A DNA stretch of 64,000 nt from an uncultured Opitutales bacterium (GTDB lineage: Bacteria > Verrucomicrobiota > Verrucomicrobiia > Opitutales > CAZQIE01), in contig CAZQIE010000006.1 of the NCBI GenBank assembly GCA_964593675.1, positions 2,449-66,448 on the forward strand, written 5' to 3'. The position numbers were made by a program, and so were the translations under genes. The notes below the pieces were generated by a model. That model did not search any database. It was not told the origin of the DNA and worked only from the letters and a program-made list of their open reading frames with translations. Positions 53,921-63,977 of the stretch are shown piece after piece. The number at the start of each line of letters is the position of its first letter. Positions within the stretch are counted from its first letter, which is position 1.

Positions 53921-54334
53921 GTGAAGATTTCCCTGAAAGTTGAATATGCGTGCCGCGTGCTTGCCCAGCTTGGGCGCCGGTACGGGACGGGTCAGCTCGC
54001 GCACATCGACGAGTTGGCTGAGGCGGAGGAAGTGCCCGCGAATTACCTCGTGCAGATTCTCAACGAGCTGCGCAATGGCGGCCTGATCAACAGCCGACGT
54101 GGAAAACAGGGCGGCTATGCGCTCGCGTTCCGTCCGGCCGACATCACGCTCTACCAGATCATCCGCGTGGTGGATTCCGAGATCCTTGATGGCCGTTTGA
54201 GCGAGGCCGGGCAATCCGGTCCCCGTCTGGCCCGTGTCTGGGGCAACCTGTCAGCTAAGTTCGAGGCCTTTTTGAAGGCCACGACCCTTGAGCATCTGAT
54301 GGCCCGCGACGGTGCCGAGATGTACTACATCTAG
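53921..54334 (+). CDS. Rrf2-family transcriptional regulator
   Basis: 137 aa from a GTG start: (V)KISLKVEYACRVLAQLG...VPANYLVQILNELRNGGLINSRRGKQGGYAL. The upstream part of track ORF 53330..54334 is non-coding. Confidence 0.8.
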   Translation: MKISLKVEYACRVLAQLGRRYGTGQLAHIDELAEAEEVPANYLVQILNELRNGGLINSRRGKQGGYALAFRPADITLYQIIRVVDSEILDGRLSEAGQSGPRLARVWGNLSAKFEAFLKATTLEHLMARDGAEMYYI

Positions 54335-54336
54335 AG

Positions 54337-54458
54337 GGCTCCACTTTAAGTCGTCGCTTACGCCGTAGCTGCGGCGAGCGTGGACGCCCCCATCCTCGCG
54401 TCGGCCCGGGCGAAAGAACGACTCAAGTAGCAGCGACGTCTCTTAAGCATAAGTGCAC
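54337..54458 (-). repeat. copy B of the dispersed repeat (inverted orientation)
   Basis: The reverse complement reads GTGCACTTATGCTTAAG...GCCGACGCGAGGATGGGGGCGTCCACGCTCGCCGCAGCTACGGCGTAAGCGACGACTTAAAGTGGAGCC(CTCTAG). By eye it is 80-90 percent identical to copy A over the roughly 64-nt core. Confidence 0.75.
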
Positions 54459-54487
54459 TGACCCGTCAGCTTCCAGGCGCTGCAGGT

Positions 54488-55948
54488 CTACACCTTGCCC
54501 GACTTCCGCCAGCGATACAGGGTCGTCGGGTGAATGCCCAATTGGGCAGCAACCCAGGTAAGGTCATCGCCGTGTTCGGCCAGAAGACGACGGGCGAGCG
54601 AAAGGCGGTCTTTTCGCGAAGGTAAGGCTGTGGCCACGCTGGCGGGGTAGGGCGATGCGGCCTGGGGCGCGGGCGGAAAAGATCCTGCGGGCACCGTGAA
54701 AGGCGCGGTCTGCCCAAAATTCGGTGCGGGCGACGGGCCGGCAAAACCAGCCTCAGGCGGATAGGCCGTGAGCCCCGGATATGCCGGCGCAGCCGGACCT
54801 GTCGCGCGGGTCGCAACCGGCGCGGGAGGCTCCCACCAGGCCGCTCGCATGACCGGGCCGTCATAGTGGATGGCCAGACGTTCGATCGACTGCTTCAGCT
54901 CGCGGATATTGCCGTGCCACGCATAGCCTTGGAATTTCCGGATAAGCTCGGGCTCCAGGCTCTCGAAATTCTTCCCCACGCGCTCGCTCGCCCCTCGGAG
55001 GAATACCTGGGCGAGGTCCGGGATGTCTTCCACGCGGTGGCGCAGGGGCGGTGCGTTCAGGACGACTTCGGCCAGGCGGTAAAACAGGTCGAGGCGGAAC
55101 CGCCCGTCTTCCGCTTCCCTTCTTAAGTCGCGGTTCGTGGCCGAGACCACCCGCACGTCACACTGGTACTCCTTCGTGCTGCCGACGCGCCGCGCGCGCC
55201 GCGTCTCCAGGAACCGCAGGAGCTTGGGCTGCAGGGCGAGCGTCATCTCGCCGATTTCGTCCAGAAAAAGCGTGCCGCCCGCAGCTTCCTCAACAAGCCC
55301 GGGTTTCGGTTTGATTGCGCCTGTAAACGCGCCTTTTTCGGCGCCGAAAAGCTCGCTCTCGAGCAGGTCTTCGGGGATGGCCGCGCAGTTCACCGCCACG
55401 AACGCTTCCTTCCCAGACGCCGAGTGCAGCGCTTCGGCGATGCGCTCCTTGCCCGTGCCCGACTCGCCCATGATCAGGACCGTCGCGTCCGTGGGGCCCA
55501 GGCGCTGGATGGACTCGCGAAGGGCGGACATCACCGCCGAGCGCCCCACGAGCCGGCCCGGTTCGAGCTCACCGCGCCCACCGTACAATTGCCACCAGAG
55601 CGCCTGCGATTGCGCGGCTTTCGTGATCGCCTGCGCCCAGCGTTCGTCGGAGTCCGATGTGTCCACCACATCGTGGGCGCCGTCCCGCGCCGCGAGCATG
55701 ATGTGCTCGGACCGCAATTTTTCTCCCACCACGATGTAGAAGCGGCTTCCGCGAGCCAGTAACACGCGCGCCTCCGGCCAGCCAGGCGTGTTCAGGGACG
55801 CGAACGGCACCAGGTACACGAGATCCGTGGAGATCCGGTCCAGCCCGTCGATCTTTTCCGGCGGTTGCACCTGCACACGTGCACCGAGAAGCTGCAGGCG
55901 CTTGAGCACCGGCGGGTTCTTCTCTCGCGTGAGCAGGGCGACCTTCAC
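54488..55948 (-). CDS. sigma-54-dependent transcriptional activator (NtrC/Fis family)
   Basis: 486 aa with the AAA+ motifs GESGTGKE and GAFTGA (EKGAFTGA) and ESELFG. The C-terminal HTH is LTWVAAQLGIHPTTLYRWRK. The N-terminal receiver-like region has no obvious phospho-acceptor context. Confidence 0.9.
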   Translation of the reverse strand: MKVALLTREKNPPVLKRLQLLGARVQVQPPEKIDGLDRISTDLVYLVPFASLNTPGWPEARVLLARGSRFYIVVGEKLRSEHIMLAARDGAHDVVDTSDSDERWAQAITKAAQSQALWWQLYGGRGELEPGRLVGRSAVMSALRESIQRLGPTDATVLIMGESGTGKERIAEALHSASGKEAFVAVNCAAIPEDLLESELFGAEKGAFTGAIKPKPGLVEEAAGGTLFLDEIGEMTLALQPKLLRFLETRRARRVGSTKEYQCDVRVVSATNRDLRREAEDGRFRLDLFYRLAEVVLNAPPLRHRVEDIPDLAQVFLRGASERVGKNFESLEPELIRKFQGYAWHGNIRELKQSIERLAIHYDGPVMRAAWWEPPAPVATRATGPAAPAYPGLTAYPPEAGFAGPSPAPNFGQTAPFTVPAGSFPPAPQAASPYPASVATALPSRKDRLSLARRLLAEHGDDLTWVAAQLGIHPTTLYRWRKSGKV

Positions 55949-56044
55949 GCCTACACCCTAAGAAGGCTGCAGTTGCATTGCAACCGCGGAGGCGCTCGCC
56001 CTTCGTCATCTTGTGCCGAGCCGACCCCCTACGCGTCCCCCCGT

Positions 56045-57556
56045 TTAGGAGCCGGGGCGCATGGAGGGGAAGAGGATGGTGTCGCGGATGTTCGCGGCAC
56101 CCGTCAGCAGGATCACGAGACGGTCGATGCCGATGCCCATGCCACCGGCCGGCGGCATACCGTGCTCCAGTGCAGTCAGGAAGTCTTCGTCGATGTTCTG
56201 CTTTTCCTCGCCAGCCTGGGCCTCGAACATCTGGCGCTGCACGAACGGGTCGTTCTGCTCCGAGTAGGCCGGGGCGATTTCCTGGCCGTTGATGCAGAGC
56301 TCGAAGACGTCGATCGTCGAAGGGTCGTTCTGCGTGATCTTTGCGAGAGGGCAAAGCTCCTTCGGGATATGCGTCACGAAGGTTGGCTGGATCAGTGTGT
56401 GCTCCACCTTCTTCTCGAACACGTCGTTCGTGATCTCGAAATCTTCCAGCGACGGGTCCACTTGGATCCCCATCTTTTCGCAGGCCGCCAGCTTCTCCTC
56501 CCGGCTGCGCGAGAACCAGGCCGGGTCGCCCGTGGCCTCGAGAATCAGGTCCTTATACTTGGCTTCGCGCCAGGTGCCACCGAGCTCAATGACGATGCCG
56601 TCGGGCCGGGGGACCTGCGTGCGGCCGCCAAAGACCGTCTTGCACAGGTGCTGAACAAGGTCGTACACGAGCGTCATCATGCCGCGGTAGTCGGTGTACG
56701 CCTGATAAACCTCGAGCATCGTGAACTCGGGGTTGTGGCGCCGCGACAGGCCTTCGTTGCGGAAGACGCGGCCAAGCTCAAACACGCGGTCGAACCCGCC
56801 CACGAGCATGCGCTTGAGGTAGAGCTCAAGGGCGATGCGCAGGTAGAAATCGCAGTCGAGCGCGTTGAAATGGGTGATGAAGGGGCGGGCGGCCGCGCCA
56901 CCGGCGATCGCCTGAAGGCACGGGGTTTCAACTTCCGTGAACTCGCGGCTCCACAGGAAGCGGCGGATCTCCTCGATCACGCGGCTGCGCTGAACAAAGC
57001 GTTCGCGCGACTCCATGTTCACGATCAGGTCCAGATACCGCTGGCGGTAGATCTGGTCGCTGTCGGACAAGCCGTGCCACTTCTCGGGCAGCGCGCGCAG
57101 CGCCTTTGACACCAGCCGGAACGACGTCACCCGCAGGGTCGCTTCGCCCGTCTTTGTGCGGAACATCGTGCCTTCGGCCCCGATGATGTCGCCGAGGTCG
57201 AGCTTCTTGAACTCCGCATACGCCGCTTCGCCGACCACTTCCTTCTTGAAATACAACTGGAGGATGCCGTCGCGATCCAGGATCTTCACGAAGCTTGCCT
57301 TGCCCATGAGGCGGAAGAACAGGATGCGCCCTGCCACGGAAACCTTCGGGCCTTCCGGGGCGTTGTCACCTTCTAGCGCGCCGGGCGGCAGCGCCTTTTC
57401 CCACGCGTCATACCCCGAGACCGCCTGGCGGGACGTGTGCGTCTGGTCCCAGTTTGCGCGGAAGGGGTCGTTACCCGCGGCCCGCTGTTCCTGGAGCTTC
57501 TGGAGGCGGACGGCGTACAAATCGTTCGTATCAATGGGCTGTTGCGGCTCGCTCAT
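56045..57556 (-). CDS. lysS: lysine--tRNA ligase, class II
   Basis: 503 aa with an OB anticodon-binding domain and class II motifs ([24 protein letters not shown]). Confidence 0.95.
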   Translation of the reverse strand: MSEPQQPIDTNDLYAVRLQKLQEQRAAGNDPFRANWDQTHTSRQAVSGYDAWEKALPPGALEGDNAPEGPKVSVAGRILFFRLMGKASFVKILDRDGILQLYFKKEVVGEAAYAEFKKLDLGDIIGAEGTMFRTKTGEATLRVTSFRLVSKALRALPEKWHGLSDSDQIYRQRYLDLIVNMESRERFVQRSRVIEEIRRFLWSREFTEVETPCLQAIAGGAAARPFITHFNALDCDFYLRIALELYLKRMLVGGFDRVFELGRVFRNEGLSRRHNPEFTMLEVYQAYTDYRGMMTLVYDLVQHLCKTVFGGRTQVPRPDGIVIELGGTWREAKYKDLILEATGDPAWFSRSREEKLAACEKMGIQVDPSLEDFEITNDVFEKKVEHTLIQPTFVTHIPKELCPLAKITQNDPSTIDVFELCINGQEIAPAYSEQNDPFVQRQMFEAQAGEEKQNIDEDFLTALEHGMPPAGGMGIGIDRLVILLTGAANIRDTILFPSMRPGS

Positions 57557-57705
57557 GGCGCGACGGAAAAACCACGATCAAGGCACGCCCACCGATTGCT
57601 GGCAAACAAAAGTTCGGGCCCGCGTTTCGCGGGGGGACAAGGCACGCCGTGCGGGAGTTGCTTGCGCTTGCCGCAGGCGCCGTCCGGCCTTAAAACCCAC
57701 TGCGC

Positions 57706-58926
57706 ATGTTCCGCAAAAGATACCCCCTCGTCTGCGCCGTTTGGTTCTTTCTTTTTTGCGCCTTCCTGGAAACGGCAGCCCTTGCCGCTCCCTCCTCTGC
57801 CGGTGTGCTTGATGACCTCGCCATCTGGGACGGTTCCTTTGACAAGGGATGGAAGCGGGTGAGCATAGGCCCCAAGCGGGTGGTTTGGCAGATGCAGACG
57901 CCCCCCAAGGTCTTCGGCTTCAAACCCGTTAAAGTCCAGGCCGTGGTGGATGAAGGAAAAGTGCGCCAGCTTTACCTCCTCCTTTTCGAGGTTGCGGAAT
58001 TTTTCGGCGGCGCCCGCGTGGGCGACATGGAAGGCAACGTCAGCAATGCGACCAAGAACCAGTTGCGTGTCGCCTACAACTCCGTTGCTGACGGAATGAC
58101 GAAGCAGCTGGCTGACTGGACCGGAGCCAAAGGCGAAAAAGTCACCGTCGGGCGCAGTGGGCCACTCCAGGCGCCGGCGCTCGAATACACGAAGGACGGC
58201 CACGTGCTGCGCCTCACCTGCGTGCGGGAGCAGCTTGTCAGTTTGATCGTCTTGCGCGATGCCGACGCCGAAGGCCCCGAAAAGCCCACCCCCCAGCAGC
58301 TCCGCGATTCCGCGGTCAACAACGTGGAACGGCGCGCGAACGGCGACGTGATTGTAACGGGGATACCCATGGTCGATCAGGGCGAAAAGGGCTATTGCAT
58401 GATGGCCTCGCTGTCCATGGTCGCCCAATACTGGCAAAGCGAAATGGATATGGACTTCCTCGCCGCCAAGTCCGGCTACAAATACGGCGACACCCCGGTC
58501 GACCGGAAAGCGATTCCCATTTATCACGCAACGGGCCGGGAGGCCGGCCTCGACGTCACGTACACTGACGGCTTCAACTACGACCGCTTCAAGGAAGCCA
58601 TCGACCGCGGTCAGCCCGTCATCGCCTTCCGCTTCATTCGCGCCGCCCGCGACAAGCTCCACATGAAATACGCCGCCGAAGTCGCAAAGAATCCCGACGC
58701 CACCGCCCCCGACGGCTTTAGCGACCGCGACCAGTTCTCCACCCGCACGTTTCGCGACGGCGGCCATGCGAGCGTGATCAACGGCTACAATGACCAGCGG
58801 AAAGAAATCATCTTCACGGACAGTTGGGGCGAAGGCCATCGCAACAAGCGCATGAGCGTCGAGGAAATGCGCGGGTCGTGCATGAACACGTTTTACATCG
58901 GCCCCGAGGAATCGAAGGGCCGGTAG
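57706..58926 (+). CDS. secreted protein with C-terminal papain-fold (C39-like) cysteine peptidase domain
   Basis: 406 aa with a signal peptide. The candidate catalytic Cys is in EKGYCMMASLSMVAQYW and the candidate His is in GGHASVINGYN, followed by DSWG. Confidence 0.5.
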   Translation: MFRKRYPLVCAVWFFLFCAFLETAALAAPSSAGVLDDLAIWDGSFDKGWKRVSIGPKRVVWQMQTPPKVFGFKPVKVQAVVDEGKVRQLYLLLFEVAEFFGGARVGDMEGNVSNATKNQLRVAYNSVADGMTKQLADWTGAKGEKVTVGRSGPLQAPALEYTKDGHVLRLTCVREQLVSLIVLRDADAEGPEKPTPQQLRDSAVNNVERRANGDVIVTGIPMVDQGEKGYCMMASLSMVAQYWQSEMDMDFLAAKSGYKYGDTPVDRKAIPIYHATGREAGLDVTYTDGFNYDRFKEAIDRGQPVIAFRFIRAARDKLHMKYAAEVAKNPDATAPDGFSDRDQFSTRTFRDGGHASVINGYNDQRKEIIFTDSWGEGHRNKRMSVEEMRGSCMNTFYIGPEESKGR

Positions 58927-58998
58927 GGCGTCGTTTAACAGAAACATGCTTTCGGGTTGGCGGGTTTATTTCACGAAGTTAGCCTCGTGATCCTCGCC

Positions 58999-61173
58999 AT
59001 GTCTGACGTACCTCTCGCTCCCCAGAATCCCGAAGCGATCTTCTCGTGCGGCGACCTCGCCGTGCGCTATGCCGTGAACGCCGACGGGCGTGTCGAATTT
59101 TTGCTCCTGCCCGCAAAGCGGGTGGCCGATCGCGTGACACCGCGCGAATTCCTGTCAGGCGTGGAGATCGACAACTTGCCGATGCAATGGCGCAAGCAGG
59201 CCGCCTCGGCGCTCGACTCGCTCGTGCAGGTGCGCCTGCGCAGCGACGGGGGACCGAGCGCCTTCGCCGCAGGCCATACGATGCGCAACACGCCGTCCAC
59301 CCTGTCGCTCAAGCTCGACCGGCAGGAAGTGTCACGGTCCAAAGACGGGCTGACGGTGATGACGTACCTCACGAGCCCGATGGGCTTCGCATGCGCGCAC
59401 CGCATGGTCTGGAAGGCGAACCTCCCGGGCGTCAGCGTTGACACCACTTTCACCAACACCTCTGACAAGGCCCTGACGGTCGAGATGCTCTCCAGCTTTT
59501 CGCTCGGCGGCATCACGCCCTACGCGGTCGACGACGCCCCCAACCGGCTCGTCGTGCACCGCTTCCGCTCGTGCTGGAGCGCAGAGGGGCGCCACGAGGC
59601 GCTTCCGATCGAGGACCTGCACCTGGAGCGGTCGTGGATCGGCTATGGTGTGTTTTCCGAACGCTTCGGCCAGGTCGGCAGCCAGCCCGTCCGCAAATGG
59701 TTTCCATTTCTCGCCATCGAGGACAAGGAAGCCGGCATCCTCTGGGGCGCACACCTCGCCTGGGCCGGTTCCTGGCAGATGGAAATTTACCGCCGCGACG
59801 ACCATGTCGCCATTTCCGGCGGCCTCGCGGATCGCGAGTTTGGGCACTGGTGGAAGTCTTTCGAGCCCGGCGAATCGCTCACCACGCCAACCGCCTATCT
59901 GAGCGCCGTCGAGGGCGACATTGAAGACCTGTGCCACAGCCTCACGGCCATGCAAGTGCCTGCCGCCGAGGCCCTGCCTGAGCGTGAAAAGGCCCTTCCC
60001 ATCATTTTCAACGAGTGGTGCACCACCTGGGGAAACCCGACCCATGAGAGCGTCGTGGCCGTCGCAAAGCGCCTGCAAGGCACGCCGACGGGCTACCTCG
60101 TCATCGACGACGGCTGGGCTGAGCGGCCCGGCGACGGCATCCAGCAGAACGGCGACTGGCGCGTGAACATGAAGGCCTTCCCCGGTGGCCTCGGCGAAAC
60201 GGTGAAGGCCGTCCGGGAGGCGGGCCTTGTCCCCGGTATCTGGTTTGAGTTCGAGGTCTGCACGCCCGGTTCTAAGGCGTACGAAATGACGGACCTCCAC
60301 CTGCACCGCGATGGCGTTCCCCTCCTCATCGGGCCGCGCCATTTCTGGGATTTCCGCAACCCGAAGGCCATCGAGTACCTCACTGACCGCGTGATCCGGC
60401 TGCTCAAGGACAACGGCTTTGGGTATTTGAAAGTCGACTACAACGACACCATTGGCCTCGGTTGCGATGGCGCCGAATCCCTCGGAGAGGGCCTCCGCCA
60501 GCACATCGTCGCAGTCCAGCAATTTTTCCGGAAGATTCGTGCTGAGATTCCCGACATCGTCATCGAAAACTGCTCGTCCGGCGGCCACCGCCTGGAACCG
60601 TCAATGATGGGCATCACGGGCATGGGGTCGTTCTCCGACGCCCACGAGACGCAGGAAATCCCGATCGTTGCGGCGAACCTCCACAGGCTTATCCTCCCGC
60701 GTCAGAACCAGGTTTGGGCTGTCCTGCGCAACACCGACACGCAACAGCGCCTCACCTATTCGCTCGCGGCTACGTTCCTTGGGCGCATGTGCCTGTCCGG
60801 CGACCTCGCCACGCTTTCGCAGGAACAGTGGCGCACGATGGTGGACGCCCAGGAAACCTACGTGAAGGTGACGCACATCATCCGCAACGGGCGTTCCCGC
60901 CGCTTCGGTCAGCTTGGCAAGAGCTTCCGGCACCCCGAAGGTTGGCAGGCGTTGCGACGTGCGACGCTCGGCGAGCGTGAGGCGATGGTCGTTCTTCATA
61001 CCTTCGACAAGCCCCCCTCGAAGCCCATGGTCGTGCCGCTCCCCAAGCGCCGCCGCTGGGCGCTGGCTGGTGGCTTTGGTGCACCCGCCGGCTTGGAGAT
61101 CACGCCTAAAGGGCTCATTGTGCCGCCTCAGCCCGCTTTCACCGGCCTTGTCGTTCACCTGAAGGCTGAGTAA
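58999..61173 (+). CDS. GH36-family alpha-galactosidase-like glycoside hydrolase
   Basis: It has FNEWCTTWG, LVIDDGW, the nucleophile region GYLKVDYND and the acid/base region ENCSSGGHR. The ATG at 58999 is preferred over the TTG at 58957. Confidence 0.75.
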   Translation: MSDVPLAPQNPEAIFSCGDLAVRYAVNADGRVEFLLLPAKRVADRVTPREFLSGVEIDNLPMQWRKQAASALDSLVQVRLRSDGGPSAFAAGHTMRNTPSTLSLKLDRQEVSRSKDGLTVMTYLTSPMGFACAHRMVWKANLPGVSVDTTFTNTSDKALTVEMLSSFSLGGITPYAVDDAPNRLVVHRFRSCWSAEGRHEALPIEDLHLERSWIGYGVFSERFGQVGSQPVRKWFPFLAIEDKEAGILWGAHLAWAGSWQMEIYRRDDHVAISGGLADREFGHWWKSFEPGESLTTPTAYLSAVEGDIEDLCHSLTAMQVPAAEALPEREKALPIIFNEWCTTWGNPTHESVVAVAKRLQGTPTGYLVIDDGWAERPGDGIQQNGDWRVNMKAFPGGLGETVKAVREAGLVPGIWFEFEVCTPGSKAYEMTDLHLHRDGVPLLIGPRHFWDFRNPKAIEYLTDRVIRLLKDNGFGYLKVDYNDTIGLGCDGAESLGEGLRQHIVAVQQFFRKIRAEIPDIVIENCSSGGHRLEPSMMGITGMGSFSDAHETQEIPIVAANLHRLILPRQNQVWAVLRNTDTQQRLTYSLAATFLGRMCLSGDLATLSQEQWRTMVDAQETYVKVTHIIRNGRSRRFGQLGKSFRHPEGWQALRRATLGEREAMVVLHTFDKPPSKPMVVPLPKRRRWALAGGFGAPAGLEITPKGLIVPPQPAFTGLVVHLKAE

Positions 61174-61205
61174 GCGCCCGGTCTCCTTATTCCAGTGGCC
61201 GTCAT

Positions 61206-61238
61206 GCAGCCCGCATCCCATCTGGGATTGCGGGCTGC
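61206..61238. terminator. strong hairpin between convergent genes
   Basis: GCAGCCCGCATCCCA-TC-TGGGATTGCGGGCTGC forms a stem of about 15 bp with one bulge. There is no clear T tract. Confidence 0.45.
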
Positions 61239-61289
61239 CCCGTCTTTGGCCCGGCCGGTGGGCGTTGCTCCCGTGGCCTCCGTTGCGCG

Positions 61290-63977
61290 CTACTCCACCA
61301 GCGCCTTGAGGTCCGCAAGACTCACGCGCGCGTTCGCTGCTTCCGAAGCCTCGAACAGGTCCGACAAGAGCGTCGCCTTGCTGCGCTGGAGCCCGAGGAC
61401 CTTTTCCTCCACAGTGCCGGCCGCAATCAGCTTGTAGCTCGTAACCACGCGGGTCTGCCCAATGCGGTGGGCGCGGTCGGTCGCCTGCGCCTCGACGGCA
61501 GGGTTCCACCACGGGTCGAAGTGTACCACGGTGTCTGCGCCTGTAAGATTCAAGCCCGTGCCGCCCGCCTTCAGTGAAATCAGGAAGACAGGGACGGACG
61601 CGTCATTGTTGAAGCGGTCGCACACGGCCTGGCGGTCGCGCGTCTGGCCATCAAGGTAGCAGAACGGCAGACTCTGCGCCTCCAGATCCTCCTGGATCAG
61701 CTTGAGCACCGAAACGAATTGGGAAAACACGAGGATACGGTGGCCGCCGTCCAGCGCTTCTTCCAGGATTTCGCGGAAGGCCCGCAGCTTGGCGGAATCG
61801 TCGGCACCAGCCTTGGGCTCGAGCAGGCGCGGGTCTGCGCAGACCTGCCGCAGGCGCGTGAGCTGGTTCAGCGCCGCTAGCCGCAGGCGGCCGTCGCTTG
61901 CTCCGCCCATCTCCATCTCGAAGATGGCCTTACGCGTGGCCTCCTGAACGTCCCGGTAAATCGCGGCCTGCGTGCCTTCGAGCTCACAGAACACCGTCTG
62001 CTCGATTTTCTCGGGAAGCTCGGGCGCAACCACGGTTTTTGCGCGCCGCAGGATGTACGGGGCCGCGCGCCGCCGCACCTGCTCGTCCTGCCAGTCACGG
62101 TCCGGCTTCGTGCGTTCCGTCATGGGACGCGGCAGGTAACCCGGCATCAGGAAATCGAAGAGCGATCGCAGATCCTCGACGCTGTTCTCAATGGGCGTGC
62201 CCGTGAGCACCACGCGCCCACGTGCCCGCAGGCTCCGCAGCGCGCGCGCGTTCTGCGTCTGGCGGTTCTTCACGTGCTGCGCCTCGTCCGCAACCGCGCA
62301 AAGCCACGTCACCGACTGGAAAAGCTGGGCGTCCCGCGAAAGCGTGGCATAGGACGTCACCACGATGCCCGCGGCTTCCAGCGCGGCCTCGCTGTCCGCG
62401 CGGTTTTCGCGGTGGTGCACAAAAACCGGTATCTCGGGAGCAAAGCGTCGCGCCTCGCGCCGCCAGTTTTCCACCAGACTTGCGGGGCACACCACGAGCA
62501 GCGGGCCGGACTGCCCTGCGGATCGCAGGCACGAAAACAGGGCCAGCGCCTGAGCTGTTTTACCAAGGCCCATCTCGTCCGCGAGGATGCCGGCAAGCTC
62601 GTTCTGGAACAGGTGCCAGAGCCACGCGACACCAAGCTTCTGATAGCCGCGCAACACCGCGCGAAGCGGCTCAGGGAGCGGGGGCGTTGGCAGTCGTGAA
62701 ATGTCTTTGAGCGCCCCGCTCCGTGCCTTCCACTGTTCCGGCGGGATGAGCGGCACCCCCATTTCTTCAAGGATGGACTCGACGGGCGCAAGGTCGGCTG
62801 TCTTCAGGCGCCGTTGGTAGCTCGGCGAGGCCGGACGCATCCCGTCGGAACTGAGGGCGCGTTGCGCCGCCGCGAGTTTCTCCACCGTTGCTGGTGCGAT
62901 CAGGACGGCACCTTCCTGCGTCATGAGATACGGGGTGCCGCGGGCCAGGGCGTCGCGCACTTCGTCCTCGGCTGCGCCCGGCGCGTGCAGGCGCACGTCC
63001 ACCGCGAAACCGGCGGCATCGGCGGCGGCCTCACCTTTCAGCTCGGCGAACTTCAGTGAAGCCGTCCGTTGCGCGAAATTGTCCGTGAACTGCGCCCGGT
63101 ATGTGTTCCGGAGCGTCTCCCAATGCTTCGCGAGGAACGACAGCACGCGGTGCCTGTCGCGGAGCCACCATTTGCGGCTCGTAGGTTCAAGCTGGAATCC
63201 CTCTCCCTTTACGAGCCCGAGTGCCTTCTCATAGATCACGCTTTCCTTCGAAGGCAACTGGATGGACAGAAACTGCGTTGACCCGTCGACAATCATGCCT
63301 GACGGCGCGTTGGCGGACTCCCAGCGCCGCTTCTCCTCAACGGGAGCGGCGCCACGAGACGCATCCTGTGTCCGGGCAGCCGCCGCCGGGGCCGCCCCGG
63401 GAGCGGCTTGCGGGGCGGCTTTGGCCTCAAGCATCGCGTGGACCTGCGGTATGCGCCCATTCTCCCAGCGCAGCGGCGCGGATTCACCGGAGCCCACATG
63501 CACGACCGGAAGGTCCTCCACTGCCTTGAGCAGGCAGCGCAGCCGGTCACGGGTCAATTGCAGCATCCCGTGCAGTTTGCCGCCGCACCAGGACTCCACC
63601 CAGCCCGCCACGGCCTGGAAAGGGGGCGCCATGCGATACGCGCGGCCACGGTCAAGCTTCTCCGGGGCGACAACCTTTGTCTCCAGCAGCGCCTCCAGCT
63701 TCACCATGATCGCATCCTTGGGAGCTGTCTGGGCAAGGTTCGGCGCCAACACGATCCGGAAGGCCAACGGCAGCCCACGGCCTTCAGAGACGACCAGCGA
63801 CTTCATTTTCGGCGCCACAACCGCTTCGGCTTCGGGCTCCTTGGGGGCCGGTGCCTCCGCATTGCCTGGGGCAAGTCCAAGCGCCTCTGCCGTTGAAAGC
63901 GCTCCACGAGCGGGCGCGGCGACCTGTGAGGGGGGCGGCGGCGGGGTGGGGGGCGTTGCCGCCTTCCTGGGTGCCAC
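61290..63977 (-). CDS. SNF2-family DEAD/H helicase with a long N-terminal region of about 400 aa
   Basis: It has LADEMGLGKT (motif I), DEAQHVKN (motif II) and a helicase C domain (GGTGLNLTGADTVVHFDPWWNP, QATDRAHRIGQ). The listed start is a GTG. The frame stays open to base 64000, so the true N-terminus may lie outside the window. Confidence 0.88.
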   Translation of the reverse strand: MAPRKAATPPTPPPPPSQVAAPARGALSTAEALGLAPGNAEAPAPKEPEAEAVVAPKMKSLVVSEGRGLPLAFRIVLAPNLAQTAPKDAIMVKLEALLETKVVAPEKLDRGRAYRMAPPFQAVAGWVESWCGGKLHGMLQLTRDRLRCLLKAVEDLPVVHVGSGESAPLRWENGRIPQVHAMLEAKAAPQAAPGAAPAAAARTQDASRGAAPVEEKRRWESANAPSGMIVDGSTQFLSIQLPSKESVIYEKALGLVKGEGFQLEPTSRKWWLRDRHRVLSFLAKHWETLRNTYRAQFTDNFAQRTASLKFAELKGEAAADAAGFAVDVRLHAPGAAEDEVRDALARGTPYLMTQEGAVLIAPATVEKLAAAQRALSSDGMRPASPSYQRRLKTADLAPVESILEEMGVPLIPPEQWKARSGALKDISRLPTPPLPEPLRAVLRGYQKLGVAWLWHLFQNELAGILADEMGLGKTAQALALFSCLRSAGQSGPLLVVCPASLVENWRREARRFAPEIPVFVHHRENRADSEAALEAAGIVVTSYATLSRDAQLFQSVTWLCAVADEAQHVKNRQTQNARALRSLRARGRVVLTGTPIENSVEDLRSLFDFLMPGYLPRPMTERTKPDRDWQDEQVRRRAAPYILRRAKTVVAPELPEKIEQTVFCELEGTQAAIYRDVQEATRKAIFEMEMGGASDGRLRLAALNQLTRLRQVCADPRLLEPKAGADDSAKLRAFREILEEALDGGHRILVFSQFVSVLKLIQEDLEAQSLPFCYLDGQTRDRQAVCDRFNNDASVPVFLISLKAGGTGLNLTGADTVVHFDPWWNPAVEAQATDRAHRIGQTRVVTSYKLIAAGTVEEKVLGLQRSKATLLSDLFEASEAANARVSLADLKALVE

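Noticed and set aside
57583-57602. GGCACG...TTGCT resembling a sigma-54 -24/-12 promoter in the lysS/57706 divergent spacer.
   Set aside because: The GG-to-GC spacing is about 14 nt rather than 10, so it does not fit the consensus.
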